NCBI GenBank assembly: GCA_963753345.1
Contig: CAVWBU010000027.1
Location: 160,001 to 224,000, forward strand
Source of the DNA: an uncultured Fibrobacterota bacterium
GTDB taxonomy: Bacteria; Fibrobacterota; Chitinivibrionia; Chitinivibrionales; FEN-1185
Direction of reading: 5' to 3'
Length of the DNA stretch: 64,000 bases
The translations under genes were made by a program, and so were the position numbers. Below the pieces are notes generated by a model, which worked only from the letters and a program-made list of their open reading frames with translations, did no database searches and had not been told where the DNA came from. The stretch's first letter is position 1, and the number at the start of each line of letters is the position of its first letter. This document shows, in pieces, positions 52,189 to 61,732 of this stretch.

Positions 52189-52710
52189 ATGCCTGAGAAA
52201 AAGAAAGCCCTCTTCCTGGACCGCGACGGGATCATCAACGAAGACAGCGACTACCCGCACAAGCCCGAGCACATTGTTTTCAATCCTTTCATATTCGAAT
52301 TCTGCCGAGCGGCGCTTGCAAGGGGATACATAATCGTCGTCGTCACCAACCAGGCCGGCGTTGCCAAGGGAAAATTTACCGAAGCCGATGTGCAGGCGCT
52401 TCACCAATGGATGGGGGAGCGTTTTGCGGAACACGGGATTCGCGTGGCCGGTTTCTATTATTGCCCCTTTCACAAGGACGCTACCGTGGCCGCCTACCGC
52501 AAGGAGTCCGATTGCAGGAAGCCCGGGCCGGGAATGCTTCTTGACGCGGCCCGCGATCTCAACATCGATTTGTCGGCTTCGGTAATGATCGGCGACAAGC
52601 AGTCGGACCGAATCCGTTGGCCCGCGCTGAAATCGTACGTTGTGAAGAGCAGGTATTCCGGGGCGAATTTCGATTTTGAATCTCTCGAACAGGCGACCTC
52701 GGTCCTTTAA
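52189..52710 (+). CDS. gmhB: D-glycero-D-manno-heptose 1,7-bisphosphate phosphatase-like HAD (class IIIA)
   Basis: Motifs FLDRDG, VTNQAG, YYCPFH, CRKPGPGM, IGDK. Confidence 0.85.
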   Translation: MPEKKKALFLDRDGIINEDSDYPHKPEHIVFNPFIFEFCRAALARGYIIVVVTNQAGVAKGKFTEADVQALHQWMGERFAEHGIRVAGFYYCPFHKDATVAAYRKESDCRKPGPGMLLDAARDLNIDLSASVMIGDKQSDRIRWPALKSYVVKSRYSGANFDFESLEQATSVL

Positions 52711-55164
52711 GTGCAAGGAGAAGATGTGGAAAAGAAGAACGCCGTAGCAACGGAACAACGGAAGCCCAATGCATGGTCGTCTCTTTTCTCAAACGACCTG
52801 GTTTGCGTAGGGGCGCTCGCCGTTCTCGTGGTCATTGTTTTTACCCCGTTCCTGTTTTCGGACAGAATGCTGTTTGGCTCCGACACCATGGCGGGCCTTG
52901 ACAGCCGCGTCTTTCTCAAGACTTCCATAGAAAAATATCACCAGTTTCCCCTATGGTTCAACAGCAGGCTTGGCGGAATGCCGTCGATTGACGCGCTGTT
53001 CGGCGACGCGATGTATCCGCCCACGCTCATCATCAACACGATGCTGCCGATTGCCAGGGCGCTTGGCATGAGGTTGGTGCTGCACGTGTTTCTTGCCGGA
53101 CTTTTCTTCTTCCTGCTTCTGCGCCGCGGGTTCAATGTGCCCCCTTGGGTGGCCGCCATCGGCGGGGCCCTGTACATGCTGAATCCCGAATTCGTGTCGC
53201 ATGTGTATCCGGGACACGACGGAAAAATGTTCGTTATCGCGCTGCTGCCGTTCGTGGTGTGGCGCATGAAATCGCTCATCGAGTCGCCGAACTTTCTCAA
53301 CTCCACCCTGGTGGGCCTTGGCGTCGCGCTGTGCCTTCTCACGTCGCACATTCAAATGTCGTATTTCATGCTCTGGGGCCTTTTCCTGTATTGGCTGATG
53401 TTTGTCGTTCTCACCTGGATTCGGCGAAAGATTGCGGCGCCTCTCGTCAAAGTGACGGTGTTCTTCTGGCTGGCCGTGGCGATCGGAATCGGGCTCTCGC
53501 TTGTCCAGTTGCTTCCGCCGTTCATGTTTTTGCGGGAGGCGTTTTCGGTGCGCGGCGTCGACCGTGGATTCGAGTACGCTGCTTCGTGGTCATTGCATTG
53601 GCCGGAGGTCTTTTCGCTGTGGGTTCCGGAGTTTGCGGGCTTCGATGTCGGCAACCTGCAGACCTACTGGAGCGAAAATCCCTTTAAACTGAACACCGAG
53701 TATGCTGGCGCAATTGCGCTTCTGTTTTCCATTCTGGCAATAGTTCAGAAACCCAGGCCCTGGAGGATCTTCTGGGGTTCCGTGGCGGTCCTTTCGGTGC
53801 TGTATTCGCTTGGCGCCCACACACCCGTGTTCTACGCGGCATACTACCTTATCCCGGGTGTCAAGCGGTTCCGCGCGGGAAGCATGCTCATGTTCTGGTT
53901 CTCGTTTGCCACGGTTCTCCTGGCGAGCCTATTCCTCAAAGATGTGATGGCGGGGTATTTCTCCGGTCTGTCCCAGGCCCTCAAGAAAAAATGGACAAAG
54001 GGCATTCTTGTCGCCCTCGGTTCGATTACGGTCCTCACGGTTCTTTTTTCGGTCCAGGGGTTTGTCAGCGGCGTCATGAATGTTTTCACCGTTTCGCTTG
54101 CCGATACGCAGAAGTTCGCGATTTTCGAAAAGAATTTTGGAACGAATTTCGTGCCGTTTCTCTGGGTGTGGTGGTTCTTTGGCGGGGCATCGCTGGCCCT
54201 TCTGCTGGGCGTCGTCAAGGACAAAGTCGGGAAGACAGCCTTTCTGATCGCGGTGGCCGCCATGGCGCTTATCGACGTCGCCAGAGTTGATGCGCGTTTT
54301 ATAACGACCATCAATCCAAAGCCGTATTTCTATGCCGAGCAGACGGTCGTCGATCTGCAGAACGAAATGAAGCAGGAACCGTTCCGGTGTTTTCTCCTCC
54401 CCGGGGCGCTTCCCAAGGGCGGGGAGGGGATCATGGGACTGGAAGGCGTGGGTGGGTTCCACGACAACGAACTCCGGTGGTACCGTGAATTCCGCGGCGA
54501 CCAGGAGGACCGCAACTACTATACGAACCTGCTCGGCGTCCAGCAGGACGGAAGGCCGTTCCTTAAACCGGACAATTTAAAGAACGGGAACGCCTTTCTC
54601 AATATCGCCAATGCACGCTATTATCTTATCCGTCAAAATGAAACCCTGTACAAAATCCCGAATGAGGGGGCGCTCCAAAGGATTTCTTTCGTGCCCGGTT
54701 ATGTCGTCATGGACAGTTCGCGTATTCTGGACGCTCTCAAAAGCGGAGGTTACGATTACCGCACCACCGTCGCCCTGCTGCAGGAGCCGGCGCAGAAACC
54801 CGCACCCGTTCAGGATTCGCTTTCGTCAAAGCCTGCGTCCGTCACTTGGAGATCGTACACGCCGAATTATCGGAAGGCCGAAGTGACCGTCGGCGGCGAT
54901 GGCTTTCTGCGCATTTCGGAGGTATACTACCCTGGCTGGAAAATTTTGGTCGACGGAAAACCGGTGAGAATATACCGGGCCGATCTTGCATGGATGGCAA
55001 TAAACATCGCCAGGGGCACTCATACGGTTGAGATGATTCCCCAATCGTTGTACTTGGGAAAGGCGCAAATGGTGACGTTCCCGCTCGCCGCGGTCATGCT
55101 CCTGTACTGGGCATGGGTTTACGCCGCGTTCTTGCGTGGTTCGCGGCGGAAGAAACCGGCATAG
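52711..55164 (+). CDS. YfhO-family polytopic membrane protein (GT-C-like)
   Basis: 'PLWFNSRLGGMP', many TM helices, 'EYAG', C-term 'SEVYYPGWKILVDGK...GTHTVEM'. Confidence 0.85.
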   Translation: MQGEDVEKKNAVATEQRKPNAWSSLFSNDLVCVGALAVLVVIVFTPFLFSDRMLFGSDTMAGLDSRVFLKTSIEKYHQFPLWFNSRLGGMPSIDALFGDAMYPPTLIINTMLPIARALGMRLVLHVFLAGLFFFLLLRRGFNVPPWVAAIGGALYMLNPEFVSHVYPGHDGKMFVIALLPFVVWRMKSLIESPNFLNSTLVGLGVALCLLTSHIQMSYFMLWGLFLYWLMFVVLTWIRRKIAAPLVKVTVFFWLAVAIGIGLSLVQLLPPFMFLREAFSVRGVDRGFEYAASWSLHWPEVFSLWVPEFAGFDVGNLQTYWSENPFKLNTEYAGAIALLFSILAIVQKPRPWRIFWGSVAVLSVLYSLGAHTPVFYAAYYLIPGVKRFRAGSMLMFWFSFATVLLASLFLKDVMAGYFSGLSQALKKKWTKGILVALGSITVLTVLFSVQGFVSGVMNVFTVSLADTQKFAIFEKNFGTNFVPFLWVWWFFGGASLALLLGVVKDKVGKTAFLIAVAAMALIDVARVDARFITTINPKPYFYAEQTVVDLQNEMKQEPFRCFLLPGALPKGGEGIMGLEGVGGFHDNELRWYREFRGDQEDRNYYTNLLGVQQDGRPFLKPDNLKNGNAFLNIANARYYLIRQNETLYKIPNEGALQRISFVPGYVVMDSSRILDALKSGGYDYRTTVALLQEPAQKPAPVQDSLSSKPASVTWRSYTPNYRKAEVTVGGDGFLRISEVYYPGWKILVDGKPVRIYRADLAWMAINIARGTHTVEMIPQSLYLGKAQMVTFPLAAVMLLYWAWVYAAFLRGSRRKKPA

Positions 55165-55180
55165 GGCAAGGCAGACTTGT

Positions 55181-55894
55181 ATGACGGACATCAGCCGGAT
55201 TGAAATCGACCGACGCTACTACGATACCGTCTACTATGGACAGCACGCCGAAAGGCTTGTCAGAAAAGACCGGTTCACCAGGGTGAAGGTGGACCGCGTG
55301 CGCCGTCTCCTTGATCCCCGCAGCGGCGAGCTCATCGTCGATCTCGGGTGCGGCGTCGGAACCATGATGACCCTGCTCGCATCCTCCGGCGCGGCAATGA
55401 TCGGCATGGACTTTTCCCAGGAGTCCCTGCGGGTCGCCCGCGGATGGTTCGCCCGCGAAGTTCCGCACGGCATGTTCCGCGCTTTCTGCAGCGACGGCCG
55501 CGCCATCGCCCTGCGCAACTGCTCGGTGGACGGCGTGATGGCAGTTGACTTTACGGAACATCTGGACGATACCATCCTGTTTGCAATGGCGAACGAAGTA
55601 TATCGCATTCTGAAACCGGGCGGAAGATTCGTTGTGTACACGCCGAGCCCCACGCATCTTTTTGAACGGCTCAAGAAGCGCAATATTTTTCTCAAGGAGG
55701 ACAAGTCGCACATCGGGCTGCGCTCCATGGAACAATACCTGAGCGTCTTGTCGCAGATCGGATTTCAAGTGAAAGAGCGCTATTTCAGGCCCACCGACAT
55801 TCCCTTGTTCAATCGCGTGGAGTCCGGGCTGATGATGCTTCCCTTCATCGGCGGCCTTGCAAAGCGAAGGATCTGCATTAGGGCGGTAAAATAA
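55181..55894 (+). CDS. Class I SAM-dependent methyltransferase
   Basis: Motifs DLGCGVG, DFS, FTEHL, RILKPGG. Confidence 0.88.
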   Translation: MTDISRIEIDRRYYDTVYYGQHAERLVRKDRFTRVKVDRVRRLLDPRSGELIVDLGCGVGTMMTLLASSGAAMIGMDFSQESLRVARGWFAREVPHGMFRAFCSDGRAIALRNCSVDGVMAVDFTEHLDDTILFAMANEVYRILKPGGRFVVYTPSPTHLFERLKKRNIFLKEDKSHIGLRSMEQYLSVLSQIGFQVKERYFRPTDIPLFNRVESGLMMLPFIGGLAKRRICIRAVK

Positions 55895-55956
55895 GAGTTT
55901 TGCCGGCACGATATAAGTGGACCATATTCGCATTTGACCAGAATGAGAAGAGTCGA

Positions 55957-57393
55957 ATGACACACAGTTTACCCGACGTTGTACTCGTCATTAATCCGTC
56001 GCTCTGGTACAAGCCGATGTACCCGTCGGGCATTCTCTATTTGGCTGGATACCTGCGCCAACAAGGCGTCTCCTGCGAAATCATCGATTCGGCGCTTTCT
56101 TCGCATGTGGTACCCGCCATGCGCCGTCCGGCTCTTGTTGCCGAGGCCATCGCGGCTCGCAAACCAAGGGTAGTTTGCTTTTCGGCAAGCCATACCGAAC
56201 TTGCCGAGGTCGTATTGATCCACAGATTGCTCAAAGCAAAGCTTGGGGCAAGACAGGGAATTTCGATTGTCGGAGGTCCGCAGCCGACCTACCGCCCGGA
56301 AGACTTTCTGAACAATGATTTTGACTTTGTTTGCATTGGGGAAGGTGAAAAGACACTTTGTGAATTCGTTGGCGAAGCGGTTCGCACTCATCAGAATTGG
56401 CAGACGGTCAGAGGACTTGTCTGGAAGAACGCGGCGCGCATTGTACGTAACGATCCGCGTGAATTAATGACGGAATCCGAACTTGATGACCTGCCGCTTC
56501 CGGCTTACGATATGATAGACAAAAGGTACTTCAGGACGAACGCCGGTTTGATACGAGGGCTTCCCCTGCGGGGCGCCATGCTTCTAACGACGCGGGGATG
56601 CCCTTTCAACTGTTCGTTCTGCGGGTGCAACCTGATTTTTGGCCGCACATTGCGCAAGAAGTCTTTGAAAAGCATCGAGAGAGAAATTGCATATCTGAAG
56701 GTTCAGCATCAAATCGAAGGCGTCTGGATAATCGACGATACATTCACTGTCGACCGCGCGCATTTGCGGGGGGTGAGCGAACTCCTCAAGAAGTACGACG
56801 TGGTTTGGGGATGCCAATCGCGGGTGAACACGATCGATGAAGAAATGATCAGAGTAATGAAAGAAGCGGGGTGCAGACAGATTGATTTTGGCGTTGAATC
56901 CGGCAGTCAACGGATTCTCGACGAAATCATTCAGAAGAAGATAACAGTCGATCAAGTTGTCAAGGCCTTTGATCTCGCCCGACGATATCACATCCGTACG
57001 CTCGCAAATTTCATGATTGGTTTGCCAACGGAAACTCTGCGTGAATTTGAACAGACGAAGCGTTTGGCCGAGAGAATAAGGGCCGACGTCTATATTTTTT
57101 CGATAGCCACACCGCTGCCGGGGACCAAGCTTTACGATATGGTTGGGGTTCCCATCTCGCCCGACGATTACACTATGCTTACTTGGAGCGGAAGCCCCCT
57201 TACGAAGAAACTCAATAAATCGGAGATACAAGATCCAACCGCGGCGCGGAATTCTCTCATGAGGCGTTTCTATGTACGGTCGCTGCTCAAGTCGTTTCTC
57301 TCGCTGGACAATATATGGTTCTTCTTGACGCATCCATTCAAACTTGAAAAGATCGCGTGTCTGTTCCGTTACCTCGGACGAGTGGTACGCTGA
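55957..57393 (+). CDS. B12-binding radical SAM protein (class B methylase-like)
   Basis: Motifs PSGILYLA, GGPQPT, GEGE, TRGCPFNCSFC, DDTF, GVESG, IGLPTET, PLPGT. Confidence 0.9.
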   Translation: MTHSLPDVVLVINPSLWYKPMYPSGILYLAGYLRQQGVSCEIIDSALSSHVVPAMRRPALVAEAIAARKPRVVCFSASHTELAEVVLIHRLLKAKLGARQGISIVGGPQPTYRPEDFLNNDFDFVCIGEGEKTLCEFVGEAVRTHQNWQTVRGLVWKNAARIVRNDPRELMTESELDDLPLPAYDMIDKRYFRTNAGLIRGLPLRGAMLLTTRGCPFNCSFCGCNLIFGRTLRKKSLKSIEREIAYLKVQHQIEGVWIIDDTFTVDRAHLRGVSELLKKYDVVWGCQSRVNTIDEEMIRVMKEAGCRQIDFGVESGSQRILDEIIQKKITVDQVVKAFDLARRYHIRTLANFMIGLPTETLREFEQTKRLAERIRADVYIFSIATPLPGTKLYDMVGVPISPDDYTMLTWSGSPLTKKLNKSEIQDPTAARNSLMRRFYVRSLLKSFLSLDNIWFFLTHPFKLEKIACLFRYLGRVVR

Positions 57394-57398
57394 GTTCG

Positions 57399-58382
57399 CT
57401 AGGCATGCGGTGCACCTCGTGCATCTTGACATCTCGCCATAACAAAACGAATTTGATCGCCTTGGTCCTGCCGGTTGAGACGCCGCGCCTCCCTCCGATA
57501 TTTTACTATGTCACGGATTGAAAATGACGACCTGAGTGGATTGACGGCAAAAGATGTTTTGCTGCAGGTAAGTATTCCGCGTTGATACTGCTCGCTCCCC
57601 CAGAATTGCGAGGAATTTGAATCGCAGACGGCAGAGACAATGGAGAAGCCTGCCCGCTCGGCAAGCATGCCCATGCTTTTCCGTGTGAACAGAAAGTGGT
57701 GACGTGGTGCATCAAGCTGAAGCCAGTTGACGCCATAGGTCCTCCACGCATAAGAGTCGGCGATAGGCACACGAATAAGCACGCGGCCTCCGGGCGAGAG
57801 TAACGAATGGAGCTTCTGCATGACTTCCTGAGGGTTTGGCATGTGTTCGAGAGAATGATGCAGCATGATGCAGTCAAACGTACCTTGAACATCGGCTATT
57901 GCCGCTTTTTGCAACAAGATTCCATCGCGGTATACATCCTTTTCAATATAGGGATCTACCCCACGCAGGTTCTGAAAGCCGACCGATTTCATCATTGCAA
58001 GCAGATTGCCATTCCCGCACCCTATGTCCAAGATGGCCTTATCCATTCCAATTGCAGCTTCGTTCATCCACAAGCGAAGTTGATGCTTCCCGAACATGAG
58101 ACTGAGAAACCACCCCACCGGATCTTTGCCAAAGACGGAGTAGGAAAGCCATCGACATTTCAAATAGAAAACAATACGTCTCTCGGTTCTCATGGAGTAA
58201 TAGCCGGAAGGATAGTACAAGCTTGTGTCCGCAAGGGGAGTAATGAGTTGCACGCAGCCGCACGCGCCGCACTCAAGATACGTAAATTCGCCCGGCCTGC
58301 CAAACATCATTTCTCTGGCTATGTGAAAGGTATTGCCAGAGGTGTTGTTGCAGATCAGACAGCTTTGCAAGATCTTGTTCAT
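57399..58382 (-). CDS. Class I SAM methyltransferase with N-terminal Zn ribbon (Methyltransf_23-like)
   Basis: CLIC...CGACG, DIGCGNG, HSLEH, 'W.QLDAPRH'. Confidence 0.88.
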   Translation of the reverse strand: MNKILQSCLICNNTSGNTFHIAREMMFGRPGEFTYLECGACGCVQLITPLADTSLYYPSGYYSMRTERRIVFYLKCRWLSYSVFGKDPVGWFLSLMFGKHQLRLWMNEAAIGMDKAILDIGCGNGNLLAMMKSVGFQNLRGVDPYIEKDVYRDGILLQKAAIADVQGTFDCIMLHHSLEHMPNPQEVMQKLHSLLSPGGRVLIRVPIADSYAWRTYGVNWLQLDAPRHHFLFTRKSMGMLAERAGFSIVSAVCDSNSSQFWGSEQYQRGILTCSKTSFAVNPLRSSFSIRDIVKYRREARRLNRQDQGDQIRFVMARCQDARGAPHA

Positions 58383-58449
58383 GTCTCTGGTATCCGCCGG
58401 ACTTCACTTTTAGCCAGCAGGGTGGGTGTCTGTTACCTGCTCTTTTCCA

Positions 58450-59424
58450 TTACCCTTTATTGAAATGATCCTTGAAATAGCCATGCAGGACCGGTAAAAA
58501 TCCTATCGTGCGGGGAAGATAGGCGAAGAAAAACTGGAACAAAACAAAGATGCCAAACTGTTCTTTAGTGAGCCCCAGGTAGGTTGACATCGCGGCGTTG
58601 AGCATTTCTCGGACTCCCATTCCATTCGGTGTGAACGGGAATGAAACGGCAATCAACTCGATAAGCGGCACAAAGGCCGCGCATTGCCACAAAAAATAGT
58701 GACCGGTTATTCCTTTGAGCGTCATCAAACTGGAAAAGACGAGAGAAACCTGGGTTAGGAGAGTGACAGCAAAGGCCAAGAGTACGTCTTTTTTCTTGTT
58801 GCGGTATAGGTAGACTCCTTCCCGTACTTGGCTGATGATCCGCGAAACCGAGACAGGTGCAATCTTTTCAATGATGAATCGGAACGGTCTGGTCAGTCGT
58901 TTTGAAAATGAGACAAGAAAGACAAGAAATGCTCCGAGATAGAATACGACTATTCCTGCTACCCAGCCGCTAGGCAGAGATGATTTATCCATTGCAACAA
59001 AGCCGTACGCGGAAAGCACTCCCAGGGCAGGTAAGCCCAGAATTCGGGTCATCCATATTGCGGCCCAACTGGCGGAAGAATCGTTTCTGTTTGCAAGCAT
59101 GAATGTCTTTATGACATCCTGTGCTGCGCTGGTGGGGAGCGCGGTTCCGTACAATACCGCAATGAAATGATAGGAAAGGGCGCGGAAGAAAGTTACTTCG
59201 GGAATGAATGCTTTCACTAATATCCACCATCGAATTCCCTGAAGAGTCATGCTTGCTATCACGATAGTCATGAGAACCGGGCCGGTCCACCATGCAACCT
59301 TGGGAAATGCGACGACCATTTTGTGAAAATCAAGGCGTGAATATATCCAGAAGAATGGAACGACCGCGAGCAAAATTCCACCGCGTCGGATCCATTTGTT
59401 GTGGAGGGAAAACAGTTGCGCCAT
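58450..59424 (-). CDS. Lysylphosphatidylglycerol-synthase TM / flippase-like protein (UPF0104)
   Basis: Multi-TM with 'IRWWIL', 'LPTSAAQDVIK', 'PFTPNGMGVRE'. Confidence 0.82.
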   Translation of the reverse strand: MAQLFSLHNKWIRRGGILLAVVPFFWIYSRLDFHKMVVAFPKVAWWTGPVLMTIVIASMTLQGIRWWILVKAFIPEVTFFRALSYHFIAVLYGTALPTSAAQDVIKTFMLANRNDSSASWAAIWMTRILGLPALGVLSAYGFVAMDKSSLPSGWVAGIVVFYLGAFLVFLVSFSKRLTRPFRFIIEKIAPVSVSRIISQVREGVYLYRNKKKDVLLAFAVTLLTQVSLVFSSLMTLKGITGHYFLWQCAAFVPLIELIAVSFPFTPNGMGVREMLNAAMSTYLGLTKEQFGIFVLFQFFFAYLPRTIGFLPVLHGYFKDHFNKG

Positions 59425-59640
59425 TGGATTACAAATACCTTGGTGTTGCTATGGCATTGCGCATGCCTGAAATCGAAACGGGGAGAATGTCAGTAAATAT
59501 ACCATATAGATTGGGGATGCAGAGGCGAATCTCAACCTCGTTTCTTGTGAACGGTCCTGAGTAAAACTGCCGGAATCAGTTTGCGAAGGCTGCAATCGAA
59601 AAGGCATTTTCTTTCAGAAAACACTTTTTTTAATGGCATC

Positions 59641-59669
59641 TTGACAAGAAAGGCCGGTTATGCTATATT
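59641..59669 (+). promoter_or_regulatory. Strong sigma70 promoter TTGACA-N17-TATATT (extended TG)
   Basis: Consensus -35, TGc extension, 17-nt spacer. Confidence 0.65.
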
Positions 59670-59751
59670 GCAAAACGCAATGGCTGATTTGACAAAAGAA
59701 GGCGAATACGATACCATGCAAGGTCTCGTCGTCGGCAAGAAAGGAAGAAAT

Positions 59752-61548
59752 ATGAGAAAACAGTGGTTTATTGTCGCTGCGGCGATTTTGCTTTTCTTTC
59801 GATTTCAAGTTCAAGCAAATATGGTGGCGTATTGGGATTTCAATGAGGGAAGCGGGACCGTATTGCATGACAAAAGCGGAAACGGCAACAGCGCCACAAT
59901 ATACGGCCCTACGTGGGCGGCTGGCGTGAGCGGATCGTCACTTCATTTTAATGGAACAACCGACTACGTCGAACTAGTCGACGGGTCTCCCACACATCTT
60001 CAGCAATTTACAATCACCTGTTGGGTAAGTCCCATAGACCCCTATGCTTCCCAGGAAAGGGCTTTTTTTAGTAATGTTCAGGCTGCTTCTGGTTTGGCCG
60101 ACGGATTCGTCTTTGGGTTTAACCCCACCGGCCTTAACTTTTGCGCAGCAAACAGTGCGGGAAACGGCTGGTTTACGCTCGCGGTACCCGTGAATATTGC
60201 GGCCGGTTCCTATCACTTCGCGGCATGTACCTACGACGGGGCAACGATGCGCGAATATTTTGACGGAGCCTTGGCCGGACAAATGAGTCGCAGCGGCCTT
60301 ATACCCTATTCCAGCGTGAAACCTAACATAGGAGCGGCACTCAACAATGTGGGACATCTAGGGCATTATTATGGCAACATTGACGAAATGCGTATTTATA
60401 ACCAAGCGCTATCCGCATCGGATCTGGTTGCCCTTTACAACGACAAGGGAACTTCCGCAATTACAAGCGATTTTCTCATTCCGGTCCAGTCTCCCACCTA
60501 TGAACGTCGCCCAGTGCTTCGCTGGCATCCGGTGGCGAATGCCAGCGGCTATAATATCCAAGTTGATTCGACAAGGGCTTTTCTTACTCCTCTCATAAAT
60601 ATTCCAACGGCGGACACCTTTTTCATACCGAATGCGGATCTCCCTGTCGATACAATTTTCTGGCGCGTCATTGCAGGTATCAATGACACGTCGACGTGTT
60701 TTTCGTCCATCGGGTCGTTTCTCATCCAGGATCAGAGGGTTCCGCTCCTTGTCCCCTATGAACCCAAGGTAACTTTAGAACGAAAACCTGTCTTTAAGTG
60801 GCATCCGGTGTCCGGAGCGGTTTCTTACACCTTGGAAGTCGGCAGCGATGCGCTGTTCACTAATGTTTTGCTTGTTGTTCCTGTTGCCGACACGCAATTC
60901 TCGCCGTCTGTCGGTATAAATGTTGGTCCCATCGTTTGGCGGGTAAAATCAGTCCTTAGCGAAGCGTGGTCGACCACGGACATGTTTCAGATCGTATCGG
61001 ATTCGATACCCATGCTGCTTCGTTACGACGGCGCTGTTGTCGCAACCGCGAAACCGCTGTTTGCATGGCACCCCGTGCTTGATGCTTCGGCATATACGCT
61101 GGAAATCGCCAATAATTCGTCCTTTACGAACGGTTATGTGATACCACTTACCGACACATCATTTTCACCAGCGGCCGTTTTGGCCAATGGAAAGTGGTTC
61201 TGGCGCGTCAGTTGCAGCAGAAATCCGGCATTGTTCAGCGTCTCCGACAGCCTCGTGGTCGCCTCCGTATTTGTGCGATTGTCAAATAATAACGACGCGT
61301 CGTTCGCCATGCCGTTCACCGTCCAGTCATGCAAAGGCACCATTCGAGTAACGGCCGACGCCCTGACAAATGGGAGTGCCACAATTACCCTGTTCACGCT
61401 TGTCGGAAAAACAGTGCTTAGCCGCCATGTCGCCTCTCGCTGCAAAACGACCGCGATTGATGTGTCCAAGATCCCTGCGAACCTTTATCTCATTGAGATC
61501 AAGACAGGTGAAAAGCTGTTCATTCAGAAGGTGATGGTCAGAAGATAG
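59752..61548 (+). CDS. Secreted LamG + 3x FN3-like repeat protein with T9SS-like C-terminal domain
   Basis: Signal peptide ending VQA. LamG 'YWDFNEGSG..DKSGNG..GNIDEMRIYNQAL'. Repeats RPVLRWHPV/KPVFKWHPV/KPLFAWHPV. Tail 'LYLIEIKT...QKVMVRR'. Confidence 0.8.
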   Translation: MRKQWFIVAAAILLFFRFQVQANMVAYWDFNEGSGTVLHDKSGNGNSATIYGPTWAAGVSGSSLHFNGTTDYVELVDGSPTHLQQFTITCWVSPIDPYASQERAFFSNVQAASGLADGFVFGFNPTGLNFCAANSAGNGWFTLAVPVNIAAGSYHFAACTYDGATMREYFDGALAGQMSRSGLIPYSSVKPNIGAALNNVGHLGHYYGNIDEMRIYNQALSASDLVALYNDKGTSAITSDFLIPVQSPTYERRPVLRWHPVANASGYNIQVDSTRAFLTPLINIPTADTFFIPNADLPVDTIFWRVIAGINDTSTCFSSIGSFLIQDQRVPLLVPYEPKVTLERKPVFKWHPVSGAVSYTLEVGSDALFTNVLLVVPVADTQFSPSVGINVGPIVWRVKSVLSEAWSTTDMFQIVSDSIPMLLRYDGAVVATAKPLFAWHPVLDASAYTLEIANNSSFTNGYVIPLTDTSFSPAAVLANGKWFWRVSCSRNPALFSVSDSLVVASVFVRLSNNNDASFAMPFTVQSCKGTIRVTADALTNGSATITLFTLVGKTVLSRHVASRCKTTAIDVSKIPANLYLIEIKTGEKLFIQKVMVRR

Positions 61549-61645
61549 CATCCTTGGCCGCGTGTCTTGACGGAATCGGCAGGCGTGGCACCGGGCAGAA
61601 AATGTGCCGAGGTCCGCACAAACTGACCATAATAATATCCTCCTC

Positions 61646-61674
61646 TTGTGCTTCCGTTTAGAATCTTCTATTTT
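61646..61674 (+). promoter_or_regulatory. Promoter TTGTGC-N17-TATTTT for pfk
   Basis: Recurring pattern upstream of SD AAGGAG and GTG 61733. Confidence 0.45.
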
Positions 61675-61732
61675 TGACTCTCCGTTTCGTGGTTGTTATT
61701 CCGACATATAACTAACAGAAGGAGTATTAACC

